A stretch of 64,000 bases of DNA from the NCBI GenBank assembly GCA_041662965.1, contig JBAZRI010000005.1, forward strand, positions 6,166 through 70,165, in the 5' to 3' direction. Shown in pieces: positions 44,235-52,969 of the stretch; the stretch's first letter is position 1, and each line of letters opens with the position of its first letter. The DNA is from Patescibacteria group bacterium (GTDB taxonomy: Bacteria > Patescibacteriota > Patescibacteriia > Patescibacteriales > GWC2-42-12). Both the position numbers and the translations under genes were made by a program. Under the pieces are notes generated by a model that was not told the origin of the DNA, ran no database searches, and was given only the letters and a program-made list of their open reading frames with translations.

Positions 44235-44249
44235 ATGGTAAATTACCAT
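44235..44249 (-). promoter_or_regulatory. Perfect 15-bp palindrome atggtaa-a-ttaccat overlapping a promoter-like TTGCTT-17-TAATTT
   Basis: About 60 nt upstream of the ATG at 44176. Confidence 0.4.
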
Positions 44250-44339
44250 AAAATAAATTTAAAAGCAAGGGCTTTATTCAGGCGGACCAAAATAGAAAAA
44301 GGCGAATCTTGATGGTTTTTTATGGTTACCTTTTGCATG

Positions 44340-44423
44340 TTATTTATTCTTATCTTCTTTAACTCCCATAACCAAAGCTGCCGCCAAGACGATTATAAAA
44401 ATTATGCTTCCAAGTATTATCAT
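44340..44423 (-). CDS. Possible 27-aa hydrophobic peptide
   Basis: MIILGSIIFIIVLAAALVMGVKEDKNK*. No SD. Very short, so speculative. Confidence 0.25.
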   Translation of the reverse strand: MIILGSIIFIIVLAAALVMGVKEDKNK

Positions 44424-44433
44424 AAAATTTTAT

Positions 44434-44607
44434 TTACCATTTAACGCTCTTATCCCTTTTGGCTTTTAAAGCTTTTATCCTGCTTTTAGATAAGGAAGTC
44501 CAGCTAAGAATGCCGATGGCGGCCGAAACCGCTTCTTTTTCTTCAGCGTTAAGCCAACGCTTTTTTAACAGATTTATTAAAATGGCCAGTGCTTTTTTAT
44601 CTTCCAT
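44434..44607 (-). CDS. Possible 57-aa basic protein
   Basis: MEDKKALAILINLLKKRWLNAEEKEAVSAAIGILSWTSLSKSRIKALKAKRDKSVKW*. An AAGGAGG further upstream instead precedes an overlapping 32-codon TTG ORF in another frame. Confidence 0.3.
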   Translation of the reverse strand: MEDKKALAILINLLKKRWLNAEEKEAVSAAIGILSWTSLSKSRIKALKAKRDKSVKW

Positions 44608-44701
44608 AAATTTAAAATAAACTTCTCGGGGAAAATCAGCGGCACCTTTCCAAATCGGCTAAACTTAATGGACAAAGTTCGAACCTCCTTAGGCAAGAAA
44701 A

Positions 44702-45472
44702 TTACAAATTTTTAATCCATTTATCCATAATCTGATAAATCTCTTCAAGGTATTTTTTATCTTTAAAAGCATGGCATGCGTCTTTAATTATATTTAGCTC
44801 TCTTCTGCCCGGTAACTTTTCGTATAATAATTTTTGCTGATTCAAGGGCGTGGTCTCGTCCTTGTCGCCGACGATTAAAAGCACGGGCATAGTTAACTTA
44901 TAAGCTTCGGATAATAAATCGTATTTTCTTCTGTCTAAAACATGTTGCCATTTTAATCTTTTAGTTATTCCTGGCATACTTAAGCTCGCCCACTCTCTAA
45001 CGCCTTTTTTCTCCCAGTCTTTGGCTATCATTTTAAATTCAGTTGTCTCTTCTGATAATTTTCCCGACACCACAGTGGAAATAGGCGCCAGGGCTTTCAC
45101 TCTTCCCGGATATTTCTCGGCGAAATAAGCTACGCACATCGAGCCCAGACTATGACCGCACAAAATAAACGGCTCCTGATAAAAATTTTCCTTGCTTGCC
45201 CAGCTAATCACATCTTCCAAGTCTTCATAATAATTTGTGAACGTCGCATCTTCTATCTTCCCGTCGCTTTCGCCAGAAGAATTGGTTGTATCAAACCTGA
45301 TTGCCGTATAACCATTTTCCTTAAAAACTTGGGCAAAAGTTTTAATTTGTCTTAAATCTTTATTGCTGGCGTTTCCGTGCATAACGAACGCCAAGCCTTT
45401 TCGCTTTTCGGCTTTTTCCAATAAAACAACAACATTCTGATTTTTACGATTTTTTATGGTAATTTTCTGCAT
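44702..45472 (-). CDS. Alpha/beta hydrolase
   Basis: Nucleophile elbow GHSLGS. Late D (GDKDE) and H (ACHAF). Confidence 0.75.
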   Translation of the reverse strand: MQKITIKNRKNQNVVVLLEKAEKRKGLAFVMHGNASNKDLRQIKTFAQVFKENGYTAIRFDTTNSSGESDGKIEDATFTNYYEDLEDVISWASKENFYQEPFILCGHSLGSMCVAYFAEKYPGRVKALAPISTVVSGKLSEETTEFKMIAKDWEKKGVREWASLSMPGITKRLKWQHVLDRRKYDLLSEAYKLTMPVLLIVGDKDETTPLNQQKLLYEKLPGRRELNIIKDACHAFKDKKYLEEIYQIMDKWIKNL

Positions 45473-45475
45473 ATT

Positions 45476-46027
45476 TTATTTAATCTTATACATCCCCGCA
45501 TGCCCTGGAATTATCCAGTCGGACGACTCTAGAACTACTTTTCTGCTTTGCTTTAACTTTTCTTTATCCGTGGCATATTCGTCGTCTACCGGAAAATCTC
45601 TTTTCCAAAAAACATCGCCACAAACAGCAACGACGCCATCGCTAGTCTTAACTAAAAGAGTTAAACCGTCGTAGCTGTGGCCTGGCGTTTTTATTATTTT
45701 AATATCTTCACTAAATTGTTCTTGCCAGTCCTCTACCATATTTTTATCCCATAGTCCGTAAAATTCAAGAGTTTTAGCTTCTGGGAACATGCCAATATTT
45801 CTGTAATGATCAATATGAGAATGAGTTATAAATACAATATTTATATCATCAACGGATAACCCTTCTTCTTTTAATTTGTCAGCCAGCATCTTTTGATTTT
45901 CCAAAACGCCGGGATCAACAATAATTTTATTATTTCCGTCTCGGATTAATGTAATTGTCGGAGTGGTTTTTTCTCCGCCGAAATCCGCCGTGGTATAGCC
46001 TTCAATTAAAATTTTAACTTCTGCCAT
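45476..46027 (-). CDS. MBL-fold metallo-hydrolase
   Basis: THSHIDH motif. 183 aa. Confidence 0.75.
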   Translation of the reverse strand: MAEVKILIEGYTTADFGGEKTTPTITLIRDGNNKIIVDPGVLENQKMLADKLKEEGLSVDDINIVFITHSHIDHYRNIGMFPEAKTLEFYGLWDKNMVEDWQEQFSEDIKIIKTPGHSYDGLTLLVKTSDGVVAVCGDVFWKRDFPVDDEYATDKEKLKQSRKVVLESSDWIIPGHAGMYKIK

Positions 46028-46052
46028 AAAATTTTATGGTTATTTTGCTCTA

Positions 46053-46661
46053 TTATCTCTTATTATAATTTTCAAACAATTTTTTCAACATTTTATATTC
46101 GGCTTCGGCTAATTTTTTAGCTTTGGGTAAAATTTGTATATCGCGCCAATCTCTTTTTAGCTTGGCTAAATCATCTTCTACCATTTTCTCTAAAGAATGT
46201 CTCGGGTGAAATTTAAAATAGGTGAAATAAAAAATACTGCCATAATGCGATAAAGTGTCGGCGACCGCCACGATTTTTTCTTCTAATGTCCGAACTGGAT
46301 ATTGCTTATTATTTCTATGTCTTAAAATACAATTTTTTATATTTTCTGTTTCTTTTTTCTCTAAATTATATTTAAGCAAAAATTTTTCCGCGATTTTCGC
46401 TCCGTTGACATGATGCAATTTTTTAACTTTTAATATTTCTATATCGTTTTTGGCATAATAATGAGCTATATCATGCAACCAGCAGGAAATTAAAACTATT
46501 TCATAATTCGCTCCTTTATACATTTTTAGCAATTTTTCCGCGTATTTAATAACTTCTTTTTGATGCATTTCATAAAACCACATCCAGCCGTTTCTACCGG
46601 CAATTCTTTGAATTTCCGCCTTCGAATCTTTGATTATTTTTTTGAAGGTTGAATTTGTCAT
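46053..46661 (-). CDS. HD domain phosphohydrolase
   Basis: WLHDIAHY ... HHVNGA ... ADTLSH. Confidence 0.7.
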   Translation of the reverse strand: MTNSTFKKIIKDSKAEIQRIAGRNGWMWFYEMHQKEVIKYAEKLLKMYKGANYEIVLISCWLHDIAHYYAKNDIEILKVKKLHHVNGAKIAEKFLLKYNLEKKETENIKNCILRHRNNKQYPVRTLEEKIVAVADTLSHYGSIFYFTYFKFHPRHSLEKMVEDDLAKLKRDWRDIQILPKAKKLAEAEYKMLKKLFENYNKR

Positions 46662-46671
46662 AAAATACCAG

Positions 46672-46742
46672 CTGCGGGACTTGGATTCGAACCAAGATAC
46701 TCGCCTCCAGAGGGCGATGTCTTACCATTGGACGATCCCGCA
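46672..46742 (-). tRNA. tRNA-Gln (anticodon CUG), no encoded CCA
   Basis: TGCGGGA-TC-GTC..GAC-A-TCGCC-CTCTGGA-GGCGA-GTAT-CTTGG-TTCGAAT-CCAAG-TCCCGCA-G. Perfect 7-bp acceptor with U1-A72, GG in the D loop and a TTCGAAT T-loop. Confidence 0.9.
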
Positions 46743-46743
46743 A

Positions 46744-47100
46744 TTATATAAACAAAGCCGAAATAAAACCAATTATGCCTAAAATCAAGCCGATTAAAGC
46801 GCCCTTGGTCGGCAACTGCTGGAATATTAAATAATTTAAAACCGGTTCAATCACTAAAATTGAAGTGACGGAAACGGCGCTGACAATCCAAATGTTTTTA
46901 AAGCCTCTATAGCCCATTATATAGCCGGACAATAAAATAGCGCCGCCGATAAAAATCGCGGCAATGCTTTTTAAAAAAGCCTGCTGAAACGTAAAATTTC
47001 CCGAATAGATTTTAGCGCCGCTGATTTCAGCGTAAATCATTACGGCTTCGCCGATGATAATTAATGCCAAAGCTAATAATTTTATAGTCAGTGAACTCAT
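46744..47100 (-). CDS. Small membrane protein (4 TM), function unknown
   Basis: 118 aa and hydrophobic throughout. Confidence 0.6.
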   Translation of the reverse strand: MSSLTIKLLALALIIIGEAVMIYAEISGAKIYSGNFTFQQAFLKSIAAIFIGGAILLSGYIMGYRGFKNIWIVSAVSVTSILVIEPVLNYLIFQQLPTKGALIGLILGIIGFISALFI

Positions 47101-47111
47101 AGCAACGAAAC

Positions 47112-48725
47112 TTAACTTACAATCTTCCCGCCGAAAGTTTTTAATAAATTATCAATCATATTCCCCTGCTCGCCCTGCGCCGGTTCAGCTTCTTTTTTTA
47201 TAACCAATGGCTCGTCGGAGACTAATTTATTGGCCGCCACTTCCAGATTTTCGTCAATAACCGCTTCAATCGTCACCGGCGCGCCGTAAACCTGATGCAA
47301 AACTTTTTCTATAATATTTTTGATGGCGATTTCGCTGACGCGGTCTTTATGAAATTTATATTTAAAAGCTAGACAAAGCTGGTTGCCGCTTAAGTTGCGC
47401 GGCTGGCAGACGCGCAAGATAAATGATAAAGAATGGTTATACTGCTTGACTTTGGCTAAAACTTCGTTCCATTTTTCCTGGATTTGGCTGTCGCTGAATT
47501 GTACCGGCTCGCCGGCGCTAACTGCTTTGTCCGCTTCCGTTTTAACCGCTACGGTTTGGCTTTTCGGCTGATTAAACCTTGAGCCGGCCGAAAAACTCGG
47601 GCTAGCGCCGAGCGGGCTCCTAACCGCCGCGGCCGCGGTGCAAATTTCAGCGATCGCCATTTCTAAAGATAACTGCTGGATAAAATCAGCTTTTATCTCG
47701 CCGGAAACTTTAATGAATTTTTCCAAAAGCTTTAAAGCCTGCTCAACGGTTAAATCCTGGGCTAATTTGTTTATTTTCAGCTCAAGCGTTTCGCCAAGCT
47801 CCAGCGATAATTTATTTATTAAGCTCGGGCTTATTTTCATGAGCATAAGCTTGCGCAAAACTTCAATCGTATCTTTAACGAATATTTTAAGGTCAACGCC
47901 GTCGTCCATTAATTTATTTACGAGCCTGATGCCGCCGGCCGCGTCTTTCTTTATTAAAAAATCCAGTAAATTTATAACTTCATTTAAATCCGAGCGCGGG
48001 ATTATTAAATCAGCTTCGGCCTGCGTTACCTCGGCGCCGCCGATGGAAATAATCTGCCCTAATAGGCTTTCCGCGTCGCGCATATAGCCGTCGGAGTGGC
48101 GGGCGATAGCTTCTAAAATATCTTTGCTAATTTTTATTTTTTCCGCCTGGATTATATAGGTTAATTTTTTAACCGCGTCGTTAACGCCGATTCTTTTAAA
48201 ATCAAAGCGCTGGCAGCGCGAAATAATCGTGGCCGGAACTTTATGCGCTTCGGTCGTGCATAAAATAAATACTACGTTGGCCGGCGGCTCTTCAATGACT
48301 TTGAGTAGCGCGTTAAAAGCCTGGGCGGACAGCATATGCACTTCGTCTATGATAAAAACTTTATATTTTGACCTTGACGGCGCGACTCTGGCGCTCGCGA
48401 TTATGTTATCGCGGACATTATCCACGCCCGTGTTTGAAGCCGCGTCAATTTCAATGATATCTAAAGCTCGGCCGGCGGTAATTTCTAAGCAGCTTAAGCA
48501 GGTATTGCAAGGATCGGCCGAATCTTTCTTACGCTTTTCGCAGTTAATTGATTTGGTAAAAACTCTGGCTAAAGTGGTTTTACCGACGGCGCGCGGTCCG
48601 CAAAAAAGATAAGCATGGGCGATTTTGCCGGTCTTTATTTCCTGCTCTAAAGTTATTTTTATGTGATTTTGCCCGACCGCTTCGCTAAAATTCTGCGGCC
48701 GGTATTTTCGGTATAAGGTAGACAT
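47112..48725 (-). CDS. dnaX: DNA polymerase III subunit gamma/tau
   Basis: LYRKYRPQNFSEAVGQ, GPRAVGKTT, Zn module CEKRKKDSADPCNTCLSC, IIDEVHML, SRCQRFDF. Confidence 0.95.
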   Translation of the reverse strand: MSTLYRKYRPQNFSEAVGQNHIKITLEQEIKTGKIAHAYLFCGPRAVGKTTLARVFTKSINCEKRKKDSADPCNTCLSCLEITAGRALDIIEIDAASNTGVDNVRDNIIASARVAPSRSKYKVFIIDEVHMLSAQAFNALLKVIEEPPANVVFILCTTEAHKVPATIISRCQRFDFKRIGVNDAVKKLTYIIQAEKIKISKDILEAIARHSDGYMRDAESLLGQIISIGGAEVTQAEADLIIPRSDLNEVINLLDFLIKKDAAGGIRLVNKLMDDGVDLKIFVKDTIEVLRKLMLMKISPSLINKLSLELGETLELKINKLAQDLTVEQALKLLEKFIKVSGEIKADFIQQLSLEMAIAEICTAAAAVRSPLGASPSFSAGSRFNQPKSQTVAVKTEADKAVSAGEPVQFSDSQIQEKWNEVLAKVKQYNHSLSFILRVCQPRNLSGNQLCLAFKYKFHKDRVSEIAIKNIIEKVLHQVYGAPVTIEAVIDENLEVAANKLVSDEPLVIKKEAEPAQGEQGNMIDNLLKTFGGKIVS

Positions 48726-48784
48726 GCTTTTATATTAACTCATTTGGCTTAAAAGGCAAGTTCGTGAATTTTGCCAAATAAAAA

Positions 48785-48889
48785 TTTCCAATTTCTAATT
48801 TCCAATTTCTAAACAATGCTTCAATTTCTTAATTTTAAAATTAAAAAATTAAAAATTCATTGAAAATTGAAAATTGAAAATTGAAAATT
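48785..48889. repeat. AT-rich long hairpin with tandem 7-mers (gaaaatt x4, 48862..48889)
   Basis: Left tttccaatttctaatttccaatttcta is roughly complementary to right ttgaaaattgaaaattgaaaattgaaaatt. Confidence 0.8.
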
Positions 48890-48943
48890 TTAAAGACTAA
48901 AAAATAAATTAAATGTTTTGTTTCGCCCGTTATCCGTCCATCA

Positions 48944-49618
48944 TTATTCTTTCTGCCTAACCACATTCTCCACCGCCGCCCATTTTGACTCGCCGTTTTT
49001 CGGCACAAGTATAACGACTTCGTCCCCGCTTTCGCCTTTATAATAGGTTACGCTGGCGGTTAAGAGCCGCCACTTTTTTCCGTCGGCCAAAGCGAAATAT
49101 TCGCCGGCCGTGGAGCGTTCCAGCGTACCGACCACGCGGGCCCGTTCAATCGGCCCGATTTGCTTATAGACGAAAGTGCCGGTCGCGGTTATGGTAAGTT
49201 TTAAAATATCGCCTTCAACCAATTTTGACTTGGAAGCGTAATTGGCCGGCACGCTGTATTGCTTGCCGTCCGGGCCGATCATATTTTCCCCGTCAAACAC
49301 GCCTTCAATCACGCGGGCTTCGCCTAAACTTTCTTCGCCCGAGTCAAAATTATCATCGCTTAGCTGGGCGATGCTGATAGCGGATTCGTCTTCCGGGGAT
49401 AAGCTGCCGGACAGAAGCTGGATTAAACGTTCGTTATTTTCCTTAATATTTATGAGCAGCTTTTTCGCTAAAACCATTTTTGATTTAGCGATAGTGATGT
49501 TTTCTTCTTTAGCCGGCCGTTTAGGCGGATCCGTGCTTAAATATTCTTTAATTTCCGGATTTTCGGCTTCATTTTCTAAGTCCAAATCATCGTCTATGTT
49601 TTTATTTTGGTTTGGCAT
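48944..49618 (-). CDS. Hypothetical protein (acidic N-terminus, beta-rich C-terminus)
   Basis: 224-aa ORF with host-like composition. No family recognised. Confidence 0.6.
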   Translation of the reverse strand: MPNQNKNIDDDLDLENEAENPEIKEYLSTDPPKRPAKEENITIAKSKMVLAKKLLINIKENNERLIQLLSGSLSPEDESAISIAQLSDDNFDSGEESLGEARVIEGVFDGENMIGPDGKQYSVPANYASKSKLVEGDILKLTITATGTFVYKQIGPIERARVVGTLERSTAGEYFALADGKKWRLLTASVTYYKGESGDEVVILVPKNGESKWAAVENVVRQKE

Positions 49619-49682
49619 AAATTTTTGTTTTTAAGTTTTAATTATACTAATCTTAACTAAAAACATCAATTTTGTAAAGCTA

Positions 49683-52223
49683 TCATAATTTTTTCGCCCG
49701 ATTCATAATTTCCGCTTCTATTATATTCCGGTCCTGCCCGTATTTAAGCCGGGAGAGGGATTTAATTTTAGCCGTTAAATCTTCCCGCTTGATTCCGGGC
49801 AAAGGCCAAATCGTGGACATGGAGAATGGCCGTGTCGCCGTATTATCTACCAATAATTTAACATAAGCCGTGTATTTTTCAATATTGATTAAATCATACT
49901 GGTTAAAGACTGGCGCGAATTCTTTAGCCATGGTTTCCGCGTCTTCCGAGCCGATTTTAAATAGGAGCCAAGTGCCGACGTTGCCGAAAACCGCGTTCTT
50001 AATGGAAGTGTCTTGATTTTTTACCAGCTGGCCTAAATATTGGTGCGCGATTATTAAATTCAAGTTATATTTTCTGGCTTCGCTTAAGATGGAATTAACC
50101 GAATCGGTGGTAAAATTTTGGAATTCGTCAATGTATAAATAAAAATCCACTCTTTTTTCTTGCGGCTGGTCGGTGCGCGATAAAGCCGACATTAAAATTT
50201 TTCCGACCAGTATCATGCCTAAAAGATGGGCGTTCATCTCGCCGATTAGGCCTTTGGATAAATCCACTAGCAGGATTTTTTTTGTATCCATAACGTCGCG
50301 CAGATTAAACGAACTATTCTGCTGGGCGATTATCGGGCGCATGGTATCGTTGGAAATAAACGAAGTCAATTTTGAGGTAATATATGGCACGACATTAGCT
50401 AAAGCCGCTTCCCCGCCGGCTTTTTCCGCTTCTTTGCGCCAAAAATCAACCACGGTCGGGTCTTGGCATTTTTCCAATTTCATTTTCCTGAATTCCGGAT
50501 CGGCTAAAACTTTCGGAATTTCCATTAAAGTTGAACCGCTCCCTGGATCGCTCATAACCAGGAGCATGGCGTTTCGCATGTACTGCTCAAAAATCGGCCC
50601 GCCGGTAGCTTTCAGGTCGTATAATTTATCAAAAATCTTGATCATTTCATTAATGACAAAAGTTTTTTGCTCCGGATAGCGCGGGTCAAATTCCAATAAA
50701 TTTAAAGCTAGCGGCCGCTCGGTATCGGCCGGCGCGAATAAAATCACGTCATCAGCGCGCTCGGGCGGAATGCGGCTTATTATGTCATTAACTAAATCGC
50801 CGTGCGGATCAATCACGCAGACACCTTCGCCGTTAATGATATCTTGAATCGCCATGGAGGCGAGCAGAACCGATTTGCCCACGCCGGATTTACCGATGAC
50901 ATAAGTATGCCGGCGCCGGTCTTCGCGCTTCATTTTTATTTCCGTGGTTACGGAGCGATAAATATTTTTGCCTAAAATTATCCCCTCGCCCGGGATATTA
51001 GACGGCGCGGACGAATATTTGGCCATGAGCCAGCGGATATTCGGCGTTTCCGCACTGGCTAGAGGCGGATGATAAAGCGAGGCCAGCTCTTCGGTATTTA
51101 AAATAAAGCCTGCGCTTGGCTTAAAACGCCGGTAAATAAAATCTTTAACTAAAAATTTTTGGATGTAATTATTGTAAAAAGGGATTTTATTGGTAAAAAC
51201 ATTGCCGTACTGGTAATAATTATACTGACTGAAAACGCCGATCATATTATTTAAAAAAACTTTGGCGCGGATTGAATCTCGGGCGCTGGCCACCAGCCTG
51301 ATATTGACATCCAGCCCGGCCTTGGAATTTTTTTCTTCAATCAGCTTTAAAACTTCCTGCTCCATGGCGGTTAAGCGGTTTTCCTTTTCCGGCTTATTGG
51401 CTTGCGCGTTCGGCTTGGCGGCGTTGATTAAATCGCCGAAAAATGACAAAGCTTTAGAGAATAAGCCGGACGATAAAGCCTCGGATAATTTTTTACCCTG
51501 GTTGACCGCCGAAACCACCCGGTTGACTTTATTATGCCAGCCCGGGCGGGAGCTCCTGACGACGTATTGGATGGCCAGGCTTTCTTCTTCGCCCAGCTTT
51601 GACATGGCGTTAACCAAAGAATTTAAAGGGTCGGCCTCCATTTTATTGTAAGTTTTCAAAGGAAAAATAAAGCCGCGCTTAGGCTTGATAAAGCCGGCGA
51701 TGGTTCGTCCGCGAGGGCTGAAAATATTATAATCTTCCGCCTCTTCTAGGACCGCTTCCGGATAATAAGCCTGGATTTGCTGTTCAAGATAGCGGCCCAT
51801 AGCGCGGGGCGCGACAACGTAAAAAGAAATAAATTTATGGTCGGCTACGATTTCAAAGGAAAAATGGTCGTTCCGGCCGAGTAGCCAGGAAAAATTTTTA
51901 TGCCATTCTTGAGCTTTAAGGCCGCCGATGGCTTTAAAAATAGTTTCGCCCCTGGAAATTTCTTCGCGCAAATGCTGAAGATAATTCTGGGTATTTTGCT
52001 GCTCTTTTTCGTTGGGCTTTTCCTTGGGCACGCGTAAAAGATAAATTACGTGGTCATGGTATTTTGAATTTAAAGCCAGCCATAAAATAATTTTTCTGGC
52101 GATAAAAAACAAAATAACAAATAAAGCGGCCACTAATAAATAAACCAGCCAGCCGTCGATATTAACGCTTAAGCTCACGTCATTGATAATTTTAGTGTTT
52201 TGTCCGGATAGCCCGTAGTCCAT
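49683..52223 (-). CDS. Membrane-anchored P-loop NTPase, T4SS coupling protein (TraD/VirD4)/HerA-FtsK-like
   Basis: N-terminal TM. Walker A VIGKSGVGKSVLL. Walker B FYLYIDEFQNF. AHQYLGQL. Confidence 0.6.
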   Translation of the reverse strand: MDYGLSGQNTKIINDVSLSVNIDGWLVYLLVAALFVILFFIARKIILWLALNSKYHDHVIYLLRVPKEKPNEKEQQNTQNYLQHLREEISRGETIFKAIGGLKAQEWHKNFSWLLGRNDHFSFEIVADHKFISFYVVAPRAMGRYLEQQIQAYYPEAVLEEAEDYNIFSPRGRTIAGFIKPKRGFIFPLKTYNKMEADPLNSLVNAMSKLGEEESLAIQYVVRSSRPGWHNKVNRVVSAVNQGKKLSEALSSGLFSKALSFFGDLINAAKPNAQANKPEKENRLTAMEQEVLKLIEEKNSKAGLDVNIRLVASARDSIRAKVFLNNMIGVFSQYNYYQYGNVFTNKIPFYNNYIQKFLVKDFIYRRFKPSAGFILNTEELASLYHPPLASAETPNIRWLMAKYSSAPSNIPGEGIILGKNIYRSVTTEIKMKREDRRRHTYVIGKSGVGKSVLLASMAIQDIINGEGVCVIDPHGDLVNDIISRIPPERADDVILFAPADTERPLALNLLEFDPRYPEQKTFVINEMIKIFDKLYDLKATGGPIFEQYMRNAMLLVMSDPGSGSTLMEIPKVLADPEFRKMKLEKCQDPTVVDFWRKEAEKAGGEAALANVVPYITSKLTSFISNDTMRPIIAQQNSSFNLRDVMDTKKILLVDLSKGLIGEMNAHLLGMILVGKILMSALSRTDQPQEKRVDFYLYIDEFQNFTTDSVNSILSEARKYNLNLIIAHQYLGQLVKNQDTSIKNAVFGNVGTWLLFKIGSEDAETMAKEFAPVFNQYDLINIEKYTAYVKLLVDNTATRPFSMSTIWPLPGIKREDLTAKIKSLSRLKYGQDRNIIEAEIMNRAKKL

Positions 52224-52231
52224 AAATATCC

Positions 52232-52311
52232 GTCATTGCGGGCTTGACCCGCAATCCAGAAACTCATTTGTAACGCCAAAACCTGGATTCCGGCTCGGAG
52301 GCCGGAATGAC
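52232..52311. repeat. Composite 80-nt element: module C, 23-nt spacer, module D reversed
   Basis: gtcattgcgggcttgacccgcaatccag-aaactcatttgtaacgccaaaac-ctggattccggctcggaggccggaatgac. Confidence 0.9.
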
Positions 52312-52324
52312 AAAAAAAATTTAC

Positions 52325-52831
52325 TTATTTATTTTCATTTTTCATTTTCATAATCTCATCCGCCTTAATCTTGGCTTCTTGCTCTAAAAAATATTTATTC
52401 ACTCCGGGTATGAGCATCAGCCATTTTTTAATCAGCTTGATGATATCGCCGATATTCACTTTAGCCTTGCTTAAAAGCTGGTTGATTTTTCTGGCGGTCT
52501 CTTCTCCGGCTTTTTTAAACTCTTGGCGCTTGGCCGGAGTTAAGCTTAAATAAATGTCCGCCAGGCCTGAAACCAAAATATTCTCCACCTGCTTCTGCCG
52601 TCTGGCCGCCGGAGCGATAATACCGGTCGCCGGTGCGATAACGGCCGCGGGCCGGTTTTCCGCCTGCGCGATTTCACTTGCTACCGTTTGCCTGGATTGC
52701 TCCAGATTATTTATTTTTTCTTCGCTGCCAATCCGCTCCAGGCTTTGTTTTAATTTATCGCCATCAACCAAAGGCTTTTCATTTAACGAAAGCTTTTCTC
52801 CGCTCGCTATCTCCGGTTTAATATCCGCCAT
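52325..52831 (-). CDS. Hypothetical protein
   Basis: 168 aa, directly upstream of and co-directional with the P-loop NTPase. Confidence 0.55.
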   Translation of the reverse strand: MADIKPEIASGEKLSLNEKPLVDGDKLKQSLERIGSEEKINNLEQSRQTVASEIAQAENRPAAVIAPATGIIAPAARRQKQVENILVSGLADIYLSLTPAKRQEFKKAGEETARKINQLLSKAKVNIGDIIKLIKKWLMLIPGVNKYFLEQEAKIKADEIMKMKNENK

Positions 52832-52969
52832 ATGATTAAAAAATTACTTGTTTAGAAGTAATGATATTATAACATAAAATAATAAAAAATTAAAATCGCC
52901 AAACATATTTCCACATTTCCATAAAATTATGCTATAATAAAACCAACTAAATCTCTTATCAATATTCCC

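Noticed and set aside
47185-47205. Programmed -1 frameshift site in dnaX (A AAA AAA G heptamer)
   Set aside because: The slippery run lies about 25 codons from the C-terminus, with no downstream stem-loop. A shift there would not yield a gamma-like product, so it is probably chance in an AT-rich Lys-rich tail.
48785-48889. CRISPR array (tandem short repeats here and the many GC-rich repeats elsewhere)
   Set aside because: There is no regular repeat-spacer periodicity. The tandem unit is only 7 nt, and the GC-rich units are palindromic modules scattered singly or in inverted pairs. No cas genes are present.
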